64,000 nt of DNA. Origin: Lewinellaceae bacterium. Lineage in GTDB: Bacteria > Bacteroidota > Bacteroidia > Chitinophagales > Saprospiraceae. The notes beneath the pieces were generated by a model that saw nothing but the letters and a program-made list of their open reading frames with translations, was not told where the DNA came from and ran no database searches. The position numbers and the translations under genes are program-made. This document shows positions 50,674 through 60,416 of this stretch, in pieces; positions within the stretch are counted from its first letter, which is position 1; each line of letters begins with the position of its first letter. Location of the stretch: positions 2,269 to 66,268 of the forward strand of contig JBEIGB010000001.1 of assembly GCA_040382095.1 (NCBI GenBank). The letters run 5' to 3'.

Positions 50674-51576
50674 TTATTTACCCCATAAACCTAAGGGGTA
50701 CTTTCCCGCGGAGGTCAGTACCTTAAACGCTTTTTCGACTTCCGGCTTGTCTTCCTGATAGGTAATCCCGTACCAGTGATCCTCACTCGCCAATACCGAT
50801 AACCTCACCCGCTGCTCCTGCACAAGACGGTTAACAGTAATCGGAATATAAAATTCTGCCTTCGGATTTTCGGTGTGCTCGTGAACAAAACGGACGAAGT
50901 CTTCGTGAAAATAATGGAACACACTAGGGTGAAAACCCCAAAAATTCATAGATACCAGTGTGTCGTCCGCCAATTTTATTTGCCTGCCGTCTTCTTCATA
51001 GTAAATATGGCCGTCCCCACGTGCGATTTTCGTACGTTCGTTGACACTGGTAAGAAAATGTGCAGGATCCATAGAACATACGCCCCGCGAAACAGTACCA
51101 AAATCTGAGACCGTCTTACCTAATTCGTAGCCGATCATGGCGTAATGCTCCGCCGAACATGGTCCACTCAAAAATTCCGCCATACGCTGGAAACCACTGA
51201 TACCATAATAATCATCGGCATTGATGACCGCAAAAGGCGTTTTTACTACATCCCGGGCAACTAAAACCGCATGGCCTGTACCCCAGGGCTTCTCGCGTAC
51301 CGGAAATTTCTCTATGCCTTCAATTGGGGAGTCCAGTTCCTGGAACACATATTCGACAGGGACCTGGGCTTCGATTCTTACCCCAACTTTATCGCGGAAA
51401 TCCCGCTCGATGCTTTTGCGGATAATGAACACAACTTTTCCAAAGCCCGCCCGCAATGCATCATAGATGGAATATTCGATAATCGCTTCTCCGCCGGGAC
51501 CAATACCGTCCACCTGCTTTAATCCTCCGTACCTGCTGCCGATACCAGCAGCAAGTACTACCAATGTAGGTTGCAT
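50674..51576 (-). CDS. Sugar-1-phosphate nucleotidyltransferase family protein
   Basis: N-terminus LVVLAAGIGSRYGGLKQVD (GxGxR NTP-transferase loop), 300 aa. It lies 17 nt upstream of, and co-oriented with, the kinase gene. Confidence 0.8.
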   Translation of the reverse strand: MQPTLVVLAAGIGSRYGGLKQVDGIGPGGEAIIEYSIYDALRAGFGKVVFIIRKSIERDFRDKVGVRIEAQVPVEYVFQELDSPIEGIEKFPVREKPWGTGHAVLVARDVVKTPFAVINADDYYGISGFQRMAEFLSGPCSAEHYAMIGYELGKTVSDFGTVSRGVCSMDPAHFLTSVNERTKIARGDGHIYYEEDGRQIKLADDTLVSMNFWGFHPSVFHYFHEDFVRFVHEHTENPKAEFYIPITVNRLVQEQRVRLSVLASEDHWYGITYQEDKPEVEKAFKVLTSAGKYPLGLWGK

Positions 51577-51748
51577 AATTTTATTTTTTTACCGCCTGAT
51601 TGCGACGGGTCAGCAGGACGGGAAAAAGCTCTTTTCCGTCTGTACAAAGGCTTTTGAAAGAACATAGCCCAGCTACGCAACCGAAAAAAGACATAGTGTG
51701 CCCTGGAAAAAGCCATTTTTAGCCTGCAGTAATCCCCTCACAATAAGG

Positions 51749-51921
51749 GGTTGTGTGAAAAGTATTTACCATTTACCCACCCTCAACCGTAAAACAAAAT
51801 TTTGAAATAACACTGCTTTTATTGATTTAGCTTCTTAAAATCAATAAAAGTAGCATAATTTCAAAATATTATTTGGTTCTATTAGTTGTCTTTTGTGGCA
51901 AAAGTACCTTTTCACACAACC
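51749..51921. repeat. 173-bp nested palindromic element with perfect 14-bp terminal inverted repeats GGTTGTGTGAAAAG
   Basis: 51749-51762 is the exact reverse complement of 51908-51921. Inner stems: ATTTTGAAAT (51799-51808) pairs with ATTTCAAAAT (51858-51867). CTTTTATTGATTT (51816-51828) pairs with AAATCAATAAAAG (51838-51850) around a 9-nt loop. Confidence 0.7.
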
Positions 51922-51927
51922 TGATCA

Positions 51928-53329
51928 TTAGAAAATATCGTTTGTCGCAAAATCTGGTTTCCGTTGTATCCACCGGCCGCGGGTAAAATCCGGAAAAGCT
52001 ACCGGCTGGCCTCCCAGCGCGATGGATTCTTCTGAAAGTGGAGTGATTGCCATCCAGGTAGCCGCATCATATACATCAATCACCGCAGCACTGTTCGATT
52101 TTGCACATTCCACGAATGCGTTTAACACAAAAAAATCCATACCCCCGTGCCCCGCACCCGTCGCGTCGGCTTCATAGCGTTTCCAAAGCGGGTGGTCATA
52201 GGTTTTCAGATAAGATTCGGCAGCTTCCCATTGATGGCCAGGACTTTTTCCTTCGATATGAATGGATTTATTGATGTCCATCCACAAGCCACGCGACCCT
52301 TGTACGCGAAATCCCAGCGAATAAGGCCGCGGCAGGTTCGTATCGTGAAAAAGGGTAATACTTTCCCCCTCCACCGTCTGTATCATCGTAGTCACTACAT
52401 CACCAAGTCGGAATTTAACTTTCGCATTCGGATGCTCTGGGCCCCCTTTGGGATGCCGGACGATATAATCATGCAAGCCCACGGCCTTCGTGCTCATCGA
52501 AGTAAGATATGCAAAGCGGTTACCCCGGTTGATATTGATAAAGTTGGCCACCGGGCCGATCCCATGGGTTGGATACAGGTCGCCATTGCGGTAAACAGAA
52601 TGCTGGGTGCGCCAACGGGCCTCGCTAAAGCCTTTCTCCCCAAACTCTACCCCACTATCGTATGCAGTAGCCCCATCATTGAACTTTACCCCGCGAAGGT
52701 CATGCTGGTAACCCCCTTCCAAATGTAACAGTTCTCCAAATATACCCTCACGGACCATGTTCAGCACTGCCATGATATCACGACGGTAACAAACGTTTTC
52801 CAGAAAAAATAAATGTGCCCCCCGTTGACTCATGCGTGCGTACCATCTCCCAGCATTCGTCGAGCGAAAATGCCCCGCATACCTCCACTCCCGTATATTT
52901 GCCGGCATTCATTGCCGCCACCGCCATCTCCGTGTGCAATTCCCAGGGCGTCGAAATGATCACCGCGTCAATGTCTTTCTCCGCGATCAGCCGAAGATAA
53001 TCCTTAGGCCCCTGATCAAATACTTTTACCGCTCCGGCAGCTTTTTTCTTGATAATTGCCTGCGTACGGGCAAGCATCTTTGCGTCAATATCGCAAATTG
53101 CCGCCACTTCGCAATCTTTGCGGTTGAGGATCAAATCAACATGGGATTGACCGCGCAACCCAACACCGATAAAACCAACCCGCAGCTTCGAATTTGGATT
53201 AGGCGATTTGTTGACCATCGGCGCCGGTTTATCCCCTGCCAATACAGCGCCCGGCTCCAGGAGCAACCCTGCACCGGTTACAGCTAATGCTTTTTGAAGA
53301 AAGGTTCTTCTGCTGCCTTCTTTTCCCAC
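51928..53329 (-). pseudogene. Gfo/Idh/MocA-fold, GH109-like (NAD-dependent glycosidase/oxidoreductase) gene with Tat signal, interrupted by a +1 frameshift
   Basis: Track ORFs 52778..53329 and 51928..52908 are the two halves. The N-terminal half carries SRRTFLQ, the Rossmann segment LRVGFIGVGLRGQSH and ...[13 protein letters not shown]. The C-terminal half reads [23 protein letters not shown].... Removing one G from the G6 run (plus-strand C6 at 52818-52823) gives the continuous [19 protein letters not shown]. Confidence 0.8.
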
Positions 53330-53500
53330 TTTGTTTGTTTTTTAAAGGAACAATTACTTTCAATTACTATTACTGCTATAACAGTAAAAATAAGTACAAA
53401 AACCCGCAGCAATCAATACCGCAGCCCACCATACTGCTGGCTATCCGAAAAATCGTAGCGGATTTGTACGGGCAAAATAAGAAAAAGGAAGCGAACATTT

Positions 53501-54181
53501 TTAGAAAAAACCCCGGTCCTGTTTTGGTGAAATTCCGCAAAGAAAGCGGCGCGTGTCACGCCTGGCAAGGAGAGCGACAACAACGTTGCCAGTAAAAAAT
53601 ACACAGACCCCCGAAAAAAATACCCCCGTGCGAAAATCGGCCAGAGCGTATGCGTATTGAGTATAAAAGGGAATGACAAACAGGATTTCCGCCGCTATTA
53701 TACAGGCGCTGATCAGAAACAACAGGATACTCAGGGCCCGGAATTCACCAATCAACCCAGGATAGCGCCGCTGCCTGCACCTGGAATACAGGAAAATCGC
53801 CTCGCGGTCCGAGGGATCCATTTTCATAAGCTCTTTTAAGATATGCTCGGCCTGTTCTCCTTCAAAAAGATTGTACAACGCCGCAGCTTTACGAAAGAGA
53901 AAATGCCGAAAAACATCCCTCCCTTCAAATAAATGGACATTACGCCGCATTGTAAGCTCTATGACAACATCCCCCATTAGAATGTGCTGCCGGTATGCCG
54001 CCGTCTCAAAAAGTGCGTCGCAATAAGCCATCAGGATTTCATAATACTCATTAAACGCCAGCTTTAAGATTCCCTCCTCTTCCCGCTCGAAAAAACGGAT
54101 AACCCCCTGGTGATCGCCGTCCTCCAGTCCTTTGAATGCCCTGTACAACCTGGAATGATAAGTCGTGGCAAAAAAAGCCAT
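53501..54181 (-). CDS. Hypothetical protein, helical (TPR-like) N-terminal domain plus two C-terminal TM helices
   Basis: 226 aa. The C-terminus has ALSILLFLISACIIAAEILFVIPF and GVFFSGVCVFFTGNVVVALLA. No recognised catalytic motif. Confidence 0.5.
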   Translation of the reverse strand: MAFFATTYHSRLYRAFKGLEDGDHQGVIRFFEREEEGILKLAFNEYYEILMAYCDALFETAAYRQHILMGDVVIELTMRRNVHLFEGRDVFRHFLFRKAAALYNLFEGEQAEHILKELMKMDPSDREAIFLYSRCRQRRYPGLIGEFRALSILLFLISACIIAAEILFVIPFYTQYAYALADFRTGVFFSGVCVFFTGNVVVALLARRDTRRFLCGISPKQDRGFF

Positions 54182-54215
54182 TATATTTTCATGTTTATGG
54201 TTCTACATCGCTCAC

Positions 54216-54983
54216 TTATATTTTCCCGCTTTCGGTGATGCGGTACAGCACAGGTTTGCTGGGCACTGCATCAAGAAAAAGCGAAGCAACCTGTAAATTA
54301 AGCAGATAATCGCCATCGGGAATAGCAGAGCCTACATAAATCAACTCCGTAATCGTACACTCTTTCCTCACCGAAGGACCAGGGTACTGCCAGAATATCC
54401 GGTGTGCAGCCAACTTACCCCCATCTTCCTCCCGATCAACAGAAGGCAAATCTACCAGTAAATGCATAATCCCACAATCAACAATATACTGCATCGCATC
54501 AGCAGATATATAGGGGGGGTTAGTACCGGAATAATTCATCCGGCATTTCCTCGCGTCATTGGGCATGGTGCGAAGGATGAGGGCCTCCGCAGATTCCGGT
54601 GCGATAATTTCCCGGACATCCTCCAGAGCGATTATGCGATCACCGTTTTCCTGCTTCCGCGGGTAAACCGATGCCAGCCTGGCAAAAAAATGAAACCGGC
54701 GCAGGCTTTCATAGATATTGATCCGCTCATGGGCAATATGCCCGACACACTCCGTATGGGTACCGTTGCCGTGCGGGTTGACTTTTAGATTAAAAAAATT
54801 GACCGCGCCCCCTTTCCGGGTATCCCCAATGAAATCCCCGGATTCCACAGGCCAGGCTTCCGGCCAGGGAGCATAAAAACAATTGACCCCCTGCTCCCCA
54901 GGAATTAATGGAATGCTGATATCTACGGGCTCGTCAAGCTGAACAGATATATTGTCAAATTGCCGCTTAAGCAGTATTTTCAT
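54216..54983 (-). CDS. Cyclase-family protein (kynurenine formamidase-like fold)
   Basis: HGNGTHTECVGHI resembles the HxGTHxDxPxH metal-binding motif of the putative cyclase family. 255 aa. Confidence 0.65.
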   Translation of the reverse strand: MKILLKRQFDNISVQLDEPVDISIPLIPGEQGVNCFYAPWPEAWPVESGDFIGDTRKGGAVNFFNLKVNPHGNGTHTECVGHIAHERINIYESLRRFHFFARLASVYPRKQENGDRIIALEDVREIIAPESAEALILRTMPNDARKCRMNYSGTNPPYISADAMQYIVDCGIMHLLVDLPSVDREEDGGKLAAHRIFWQYPGPSVRKECTITELIYVGSAIPDGDYLLNLQVASLFLDAVPSKPVLYRITESGKI

Positions 54984-55130
54984 TTGTAAAAAGCATTTTG
55001 GGCTCGCTTAAAGTGAAAATACTGGTCCACATACGCTCCCTTTTCCAATAATAAATTCAGGGCTCTTACCGTAGGGCCATCAGTACACACAGATGGCCTT
55101 TATTATGGCTCGCCTACCTTCGCAACAAAG

Positions 55131-56015
55131 CTAATAATTCCTGGAATCTACACCCCAGGACAACTTATTCCGCAGGGTCTCCATAAAACTGATATCCTGT
55201 AACTGAATCAATCGGACACTAAAGTCATTCTTGCGAAGCGCGAGTTGGTGCTCGGTGGTAATGCTCTCGAATCGGGAATCCAGGGTACAGAGAAAATTTT
55301 CGGTCCTTCCTTCGAGTTCAAAAGAAATGATGGAATCGTCCGAAATGACTACCGGACGGACATTGAGGTTATGCGGCGCAACCGGCGTAATGATGAAATT
55401 CCCGGAACGGGGAAAAACAATTGGCCCGCCACAGCTCAGGGAATAACCAGTCGAACCGGTAGGCGTTGCGATAATAAGGCCATCGGCCCAATAAGAATTC
55501 AGATATGCCCCGTTTACGTAGGCGTGAATAGTAATCATTGACGAAGTATCCCGCTTGAGCAGGGTACAATCGTTTAAGGCAAAACGTGTATTCCCAAATA
55601 AAGGCAGGTTAGATTCGAGGTAAAGCAATACCCGCTGATCCAGCCAGTACCTGCCGCGATGAAGCTGGGAAACCGCTTCTCCAATCCGCTTTTTCTCAAT
55701 ACCTGCCAAAAAACCCAGACGGCCCAGGTTAATCCCCAACACAGGTATTTCTGCATCGCGGATATGGGTGATCGCACTAAGGATGGTCCCATCCCCACCC
55801 AAAGCAATTACCGCATCGAATTTTTTAAGGCTAAAGTCAATATACCCTTCGAAAATACCCACATCCCGCCTGAAATCCACTTTATCTTTGAGCTGGTGGA
55901 ACAATGGCCTGTACACATACGAAATTATCCCTTCCTGATGCAGCGCGTCGAAAAGATCCTGGAAATAGGGCTGGTCCTTTTCCTTCATAATCTTACTAAA
56001 AACCACCACCTGCAT
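55131..56015 (-). CDS. nadK: NAD(+) kinase
   Basis: Motifs GGDGTILSA, NLGRLGFLA and ATPTGSTGYSLSCGGPIV. 294 aa. Confidence 0.9.
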   Translation of the reverse strand: MQVVVFSKIMKEKDQPYFQDLFDALHQEGIISYVYRPLFHQLKDKVDFRRDVGIFEGYIDFSLKKFDAVIALGGDGTILSAITHIRDAEIPVLGINLGRLGFLAGIEKKRIGEAVSQLHRGRYWLDQRVLLYLESNLPLFGNTRFALNDCTLLKRDTSSMITIHAYVNGAYLNSYWADGLIIATPTGSTGYSLSCGGPIVFPRSGNFIITPVAPHNLNVRPVVISDDSIISFELEGRTENFLCTLDSRFESITTEHQLALRKNDFSVRLIQLQDISFMETLRNKLSWGVDSRNY

Positions 56016-57419
56016 CTATAAATTCGTATTGAAGTGAAAAAACAATCCCGTTTCGCCGATATGGTTCATACTGGCTTCTATACGTAATACAAAATTAAAC
56101 AATATCACTGTATCCAGGCCTACCCCGCGCCCCCATAATAAGTGCCGGTTGAAGCTGTTCTGAAACATATTCCAGGGGTCATTGGCAAAACCCCAGTCGC
56201 TGTTGAGGGTGAGCATAAACTTGAACGGCACCTTTCGAAACGCGGCGATTGGAATAATTTTTCCAAATTTAACTTCGTCCTCCCATAATTTTATCCTGAA
56301 ACTGGATTTAAACAACACCATGTCCAATCCATCTACCACATAGTATTCATAACCGCGCAAAGTATTCCTTTGGTATCCAATGGCGCGGTAATCGTTATAA
56401 GGCTGCTGCTCACGGATTAAAGAAATTTTTCCCTTGGCAGATACTGCCAGGTTGAAGGGGCTTTCCCCAAATGGGAAGTACCGCTGATAATCTGCCCATA
56501 ATGTAAGTGCATTGCGGTCGTTAAAGACACCCAAACCGTCTTTTTTTGCCTCGGCCCAGAAATAAGTGCCTTGCATAGGATAAGGCCGGGCATCCCGGTA
56601 GTCGGCAGTATAAGAAACCCCCAGGGAAAAATACCGCTGCACCGTATCTCCATTGAGGAATACGTCCACACCTAGAGATTCCTGTACTTTTGACGAAATT
56701 TCGTTCTGTATATATCCCAGGCTTAGCCGGTAGTATTTTGCCAGGTTTGGCCGGTAAACCAAAGCGAAATTACTGGCAAAGCGGGTAATCGAAAAATCAT
56801 CCTCCAGCCTGAAAAATGCCTGCTTGTTGTCAATCGTAGCATAATTAACCTCTCGGTTGCGTGCGTAAAGATGGTTCATTGAAACCCCCAATGTCTTTGC
56901 CGCATTGAGATAGGGAAGGGTATATTGCAACAAAAGCATCTCGCTGTAACCCTGTTTAAGGGAAATATTCAGCCGGTCAGAACGGCCGGTGGAGTTGCGG
57001 TAGAGAAAATCCAGGCCGTAATTCACCCGCTCAAAGCTACGACGGTAATCTACCCACCAAACGTTAAAGTTGCGATCGGCAAGCTCAAACAGAGGTACCG
57101 GATAAAAATACCAGGCTTCTTCCAGCTCTACCTGTAATTGTATCTTGTTTGAGGCCCCTTCCCAGTTATGAAAAAACACCCTGGCCCTGTTAAATAACCC
57201 GGAATTCATTAGCCAACGCTCTGCGGCAAGAAGCTTCCCCTCCAGTTCTGCCACCAAAAGACTGTCGCCCTGCCTGAATGGAAGCTCCCGAAGGACGATC
57301 TCCCTTCGCGTTTTCTTATTGCCCGATATGACAATGGAATCAATGTGGACATAGGCGTCCATGGACAGCACAGGAATGGCATTCAGGTAAAATAATATGG
57401 CGATGATTGTGTGCCGCAT
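56016..57419 (-). CDS. BamA/TamA-family (surface antigen D15) outer-membrane protein with one POTRA-like domain
   Basis: Signal peptide MRHTIIAILFYLNAIPVLS and a POTRA-like segment (IVISGNKKTRREIVLRELPFRQGD). A beta-barrel with alternating aromatic pattern ends ...LFFHFNTNL. Its TAG stop abuts the nadK ATG. Trimmed from 57488 to the ATG at 57419. Confidence 0.8.
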   Translation of the reverse strand: MRHTIIAILFYLNAIPVLSMDAYVHIDSIVISGNKKTRREIVLRELPFRQGDSLLVAELEGKLLAAERWLMNSGLFNRARVFFHNWEGASNKIQLQVELEEAWYFYPVPLFELADRNFNVWWVDYRRSFERVNYGLDFLYRNSTGRSDRLNISLKQGYSEMLLLQYTLPYLNAAKTLGVSMNHLYARNREVNYATIDNKQAFFRLEDDFSITRFASNFALVYRPNLAKYYRLSLGYIQNEISSKVQESLGVDVFLNGDTVQRYFSLGVSYTADYRDARPYPMQGTYFWAEAKKDGLGVFNDRNALTLWADYQRYFPFGESPFNLAVSAKGKISLIREQQPYNDYRAIGYQRNTLRGYEYYVVDGLDMVLFKSSFRIKLWEDEVKFGKIIPIAAFRKVPFKFMLTLNSDWGFANDPWNMFQNSFNRHLLWGRGVGLDTVILFNFVLRIEASMNHIGETGLFFHFNTNL

Positions 57420-57480
57420 CTTTGTAAAATAACAACCTTGTGGCAACGGATGGGCTAATGCAAACGAGGGAGTCCCGCCC

Positions 57481-58146
57481 TCATACATTCAGGTAGGCCA
57501 TAAGCGCATCGTACCGTTCCCGCAGGCCCTGCCCATAATCGCTTTCACCGAAATAAGCCTTCACTTCATAGTTAAAGCGCTGATAACAGGCGATCAAGCC
57601 CTGTATATTCTGTCGGTTTACTTTTAAAGTCACTTCCATACGCGCAGAATCCGGGAAATGATGTACAAACGCACTGAGGATTATCGCATTTTCAGACTCT
57701 GCAATCCGTGCAATCTCAGAAAGAAAGTAATCCCGCTTGTCCATTTCCAGCACAATGATACTCCCGGCATCAGAAATTGCCGCTATAGCGGAAAAATGGA
57801 AAAGTATAGTGTCCAGGGAAATACAACCAAGATATCCTTCTTCATCATCCAAAACAGGGACTGCTGTCAACGCTTGTTCCGCAAATATGCGCATGACCTC
57901 CAGGATATGATCGCCAGATCTCGTATATGGGCGCTGTAGCATTTGCTTTGACCCCGTTAATACAGGCTTTGTGAGGTCAGTATCCAGAAGTTCCGCTTCG
58001 CTGACGACGCCCAGCAGTGTTTTGCCATTGACGACAGGCAAATGGCGCACATGCATCTCCTCCATCATTTCGAGTGCGATGTCGCCAGTGTCTGATCCCT
58101 GCAATGGAACAATAGAACCTGAAATGAGCTGTTCGGCCGTCATCAT
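57481..58146 (-). CDS. CBS-domain pair protein with C-terminal ACT-like domain
   Basis: Two CBS-like repeats (...MHVRHLPVVNGKTLLGVVSEAELL; ...LTAVPVLDDEEGYLGCISLDTIL). Start trimmed to the ATGATG at 58146. Confidence 0.8.
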   Translation of the reverse strand: MMTAEQLISGSIVPLQGSDTGDIALEMMEEMHVRHLPVVNGKTLLGVVSEAELLDTDLTKPVLTGSKQMLQRPYTRSGDHILEVMRIFAEQALTAVPVLDDEEGYLGCISLDTILFHFSAIAAISDAGSIIVLEMDKRDYFLSEIARIAESENAIILSAFVHHFPDSARMEVTLKVNRQNIQGLIACYQRFNYEVKAYFGESDYGQGLRERYDALMAYLNV

Positions 58147-58204
58147 TTGGATATAAAAGTCTTTTGGCTGCTTAATTAACAAAAAAAAGGCGGATAAAAA
58201 AATT

Positions 58205-59011
58205 TTAACCGGTTATTTTTCGGCGCTGATAGGCATACTCTTCGTCTGTAAGTAAGCCTTTTCCCCGAAGTTCCTCGAGTTTTCTGAGTTGTAACAGTAA
58301 ATCTGGGTTCGTTATTTGCCCCAATAAATCATTTTCCGGATTTACAGGCCCGATCTGGGGTATAATCCGGTACCCCCTTTGCTCGAAAGCCAAAAACTCC
58401 GGCTGTATCCTCAAAAAAGCCAGGGCATCATGCGTTTTTATGCGGTCAAAGTCGTTGAAACCCAATCCAACTGCCTGGTCGAGGTGATGGAAAGCTTTTT
58501 CAGCTTGCTCAGTAAGTGAGAAAGCACAGGCCAGATTAAAATGAACGGCCACATCGTTGGGGGAAAGCTGCAGGGATTTCGTGAAATCCTCAATCGCTCC
58601 TTCAAAATCATAGTCTTTGTATTTTGCGATCCCCGCTTTCTTTAGTTCTGCCACTTTACCAGAGGTCATTGCCCCGTCCCTGCCCCGTTGAGGTACCCGA
58701 CGGGTGTCCGTTTGGCGGCTTTCAGGACGTTTAGGGGCAACAGGACGTTCTTCACTGTTGCGATTGCGCGCTGCCCCCTTTTTATTTACCCGCTCTGCAC
58801 GAAAATAGTCCCTGTTATACTTGATATCAAACCTATCCTCATCCATTGAAAAAAATAAATAGGCATCTATGAACCCAAGAATCGTGGAAATCCCGGTCAT
58901 AGCAAAGATAATATAAAGGAAACCCAGGCCTGGCTGGCCAAGATAAAAACGATGAATGCCCAAAGAACCTAAAAAGAGCGCAAGCAGCCCGGCAATATGC
59001 TTTTCCTTCAT
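58205..59011 (-). CDS. TM2 domain - TPR - SHOCT domain protein
   Basis: TM2 signature LALFLGSLGIHRFYLGQ. A basic linker, then TPR-like repeats (YDFEGAIEDFTKSLQLSPNDVAVHFNLACAF). A SHOCT-like tail follows (LRKLEELRGKGLLTDEEYAYQRRKI). Confidence 0.75.
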   Translation of the reverse strand: MKEKHIAGLLALFLGSLGIHRFYLGQPGLGFLYIIFAMTGISTILGFIDAYLFFSMDEDRFDIKYNRDYFRAERVNKKGAARNRNSEERPVAPKRPESRQTDTRRVPQRGRDGAMTSGKVAELKKAGIAKYKDYDFEGAIEDFTKSLQLSPNDVAVHFNLACAFSLTEQAEKAFHHLDQAVGLGFNDFDRIKTHDALAFLRIQPEFLAFEQRGYRIIPQIGPVNPENDLLGQITNPDLLLQLRKLEELRGKGLLTDEEYAYQRRKITG

Positions 59012-59091
59012 GAAGTGTGAAAATTATTTGGGGGTAGTGCGATGATCATACTTAAAAATGCGTTTTACCGCTGAAATTTATGAAAATCTGG

Positions 59092-60348
59092 TCAATGCCG
59101 ATATACTTTACAGGTGAGTACTGTAAAATCATCCGGTATATTTTCATTCCCGCGGAAACGATCAATGTATGCCATCAGTTTTTTATTGAACTCGCCTGTC
59201 GGATACTTGTAGTTGAGCGCCACAAAATCTACAAGCGCTTCTTCATTGAAATAACGCCCCTTTTCGTCCCGGATTTCTACCAGACCGTCCGTATAGGACA
59301 AAATCATGGCTTCTGACCCTTCGATATCGCAATATCCAATTTCAATTTCCGGGATTTCCGGGTATGAACCAAGCATAATACAACCTTTATTGAGCAATTG
59401 TTTCTGTTGTGTACCCATAAGGATTGGGGGGTTATGCCCGGCATTGACATACTTTAGCTGTCCGGTATTGAAATCGTATTCCGCAATAAAAAAAGTGATG
59501 AACTTGTCCCCGTCCGTTATCCGGTTGACGGATTTGTTCATTGCCCTGATGAAAACGTCCAGCCCCAGGCGTTGATTGATTAAAGTATGGAAATTCGCCT
59601 GAAAGTTTGCCATGAGCAGCGCTGCAGCTAACCCTTTCCCTGTAAAGTCCCCGATACAAAAAACAATCTTGCCATCCTCAAACTCGATGAAATCAAAGTA
59701 ATCCCCCCCGACGCTGAGCTGCGGCTTGTAGATACTCCCAAACTCATAACGGTCATTACCGGGCAGTCGTTTAGGGATAAGCATCTGCTGCACTTCTGCG
59801 GCAAGTTCCATCTCCTTGCGCAGTCTTTGCTGTTCCAATTGCTTTTTAAACAAACGCTTGTTCTCTATGGCGACTGCAATGATGTTCGTGATTGTAGTGA
59901 TGAATTGTATCTTGTTATAAACATCTTCATCCTCCCCAAAACCACCTATGAATACATACGCGATGGGTACTTCCTTGTGCTTCACCGGAATCACAATATC
60001 GAACTCCCTGATGAGCGGGTGGTCAAATCCGTCCAGGCTTTTCAATCGCTCGAAAGACGGAAGAAAATCCCCGAGATCCAGGTGGAGCAGCTCTGGCAGA
60101 ATATCTATGGATGCCGTACAGTCCCATCTGCCATCCTCCTCTTTTACATATAAGGCCATTTTATGCACCCCCAATTCCCAACCTAAAAAAGATCGGTACA
60201 TCTCATACAATCCATGCGCCGATACGTTATTATTGATGGCTTGCGTTATGCCCAGGAGCCGGTTGATCTGCAATTGTTTTAAGTGCAGGTCATTCTGGAG
60301 GTTTTCTACCAGTTTTGCATAATTATCAGATTCAAAGGTTTTGGCCAT
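59092..60348 (-). CDS. GAF-domain PP2C/SpoIIE-family serine/threonine phosphatase
   Basis: The C-terminal half carries SVGGDYFDF..., GDFTGKGLAAALLM and LSYTDGLVE, which are SpoIIE/PP2C motifs. The N-terminal half is GAF-like. Trimmed to the ATG at 60348. Confidence 0.8.
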   Translation of the reverse strand: MAKTFESDNYAKLVENLQNDLHLKQLQINRLLGITQAINNNVSAHGLYEMYRSFLGWELGVHKMALYVKEEDGRWDCTASIDILPELLHLDLGDFLPSFERLKSLDGFDHPLIREFDIVIPVKHKEVPIAYVFIGGFGEDEDVYNKIQFITTITNIIAVAIENKRLFKKQLEQQRLRKEMELAAEVQQMLIPKRLPGNDRYEFGSIYKPQLSVGGDYFDFIEFEDGKIVFCIGDFTGKGLAAALLMANFQANFHTLINQRLGLDVFIRAMNKSVNRITDGDKFITFFIAEYDFNTGQLKYVNAGHNPPILMGTQQKQLLNKGCIMLGSYPEIPEIEIGYCDIEGSEAMILSYTDGLVEIRDEKGRYFNEEALVDFVALNYKYPTGEFNKKLMAYIDRFRGNENIPDDFTVLTCKVYRH

Positions 60349-60416
60349 GTAAGCACATTTTAGGACCCGTAAATTCCCCTTTAGCGATCTTTTCAACACA
60401 AAATAAAATAATACCG

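Noticed and set aside
55060-55095. 7-bp hairpin GGCCATC-N10-GATGGCC with a trailing T-run between the cyclase gene and nadK.
   Set aside because: The T-run is on the plus strand while both flanking genes are on the minus strand. The stem is short, so it was not called as a terminator.
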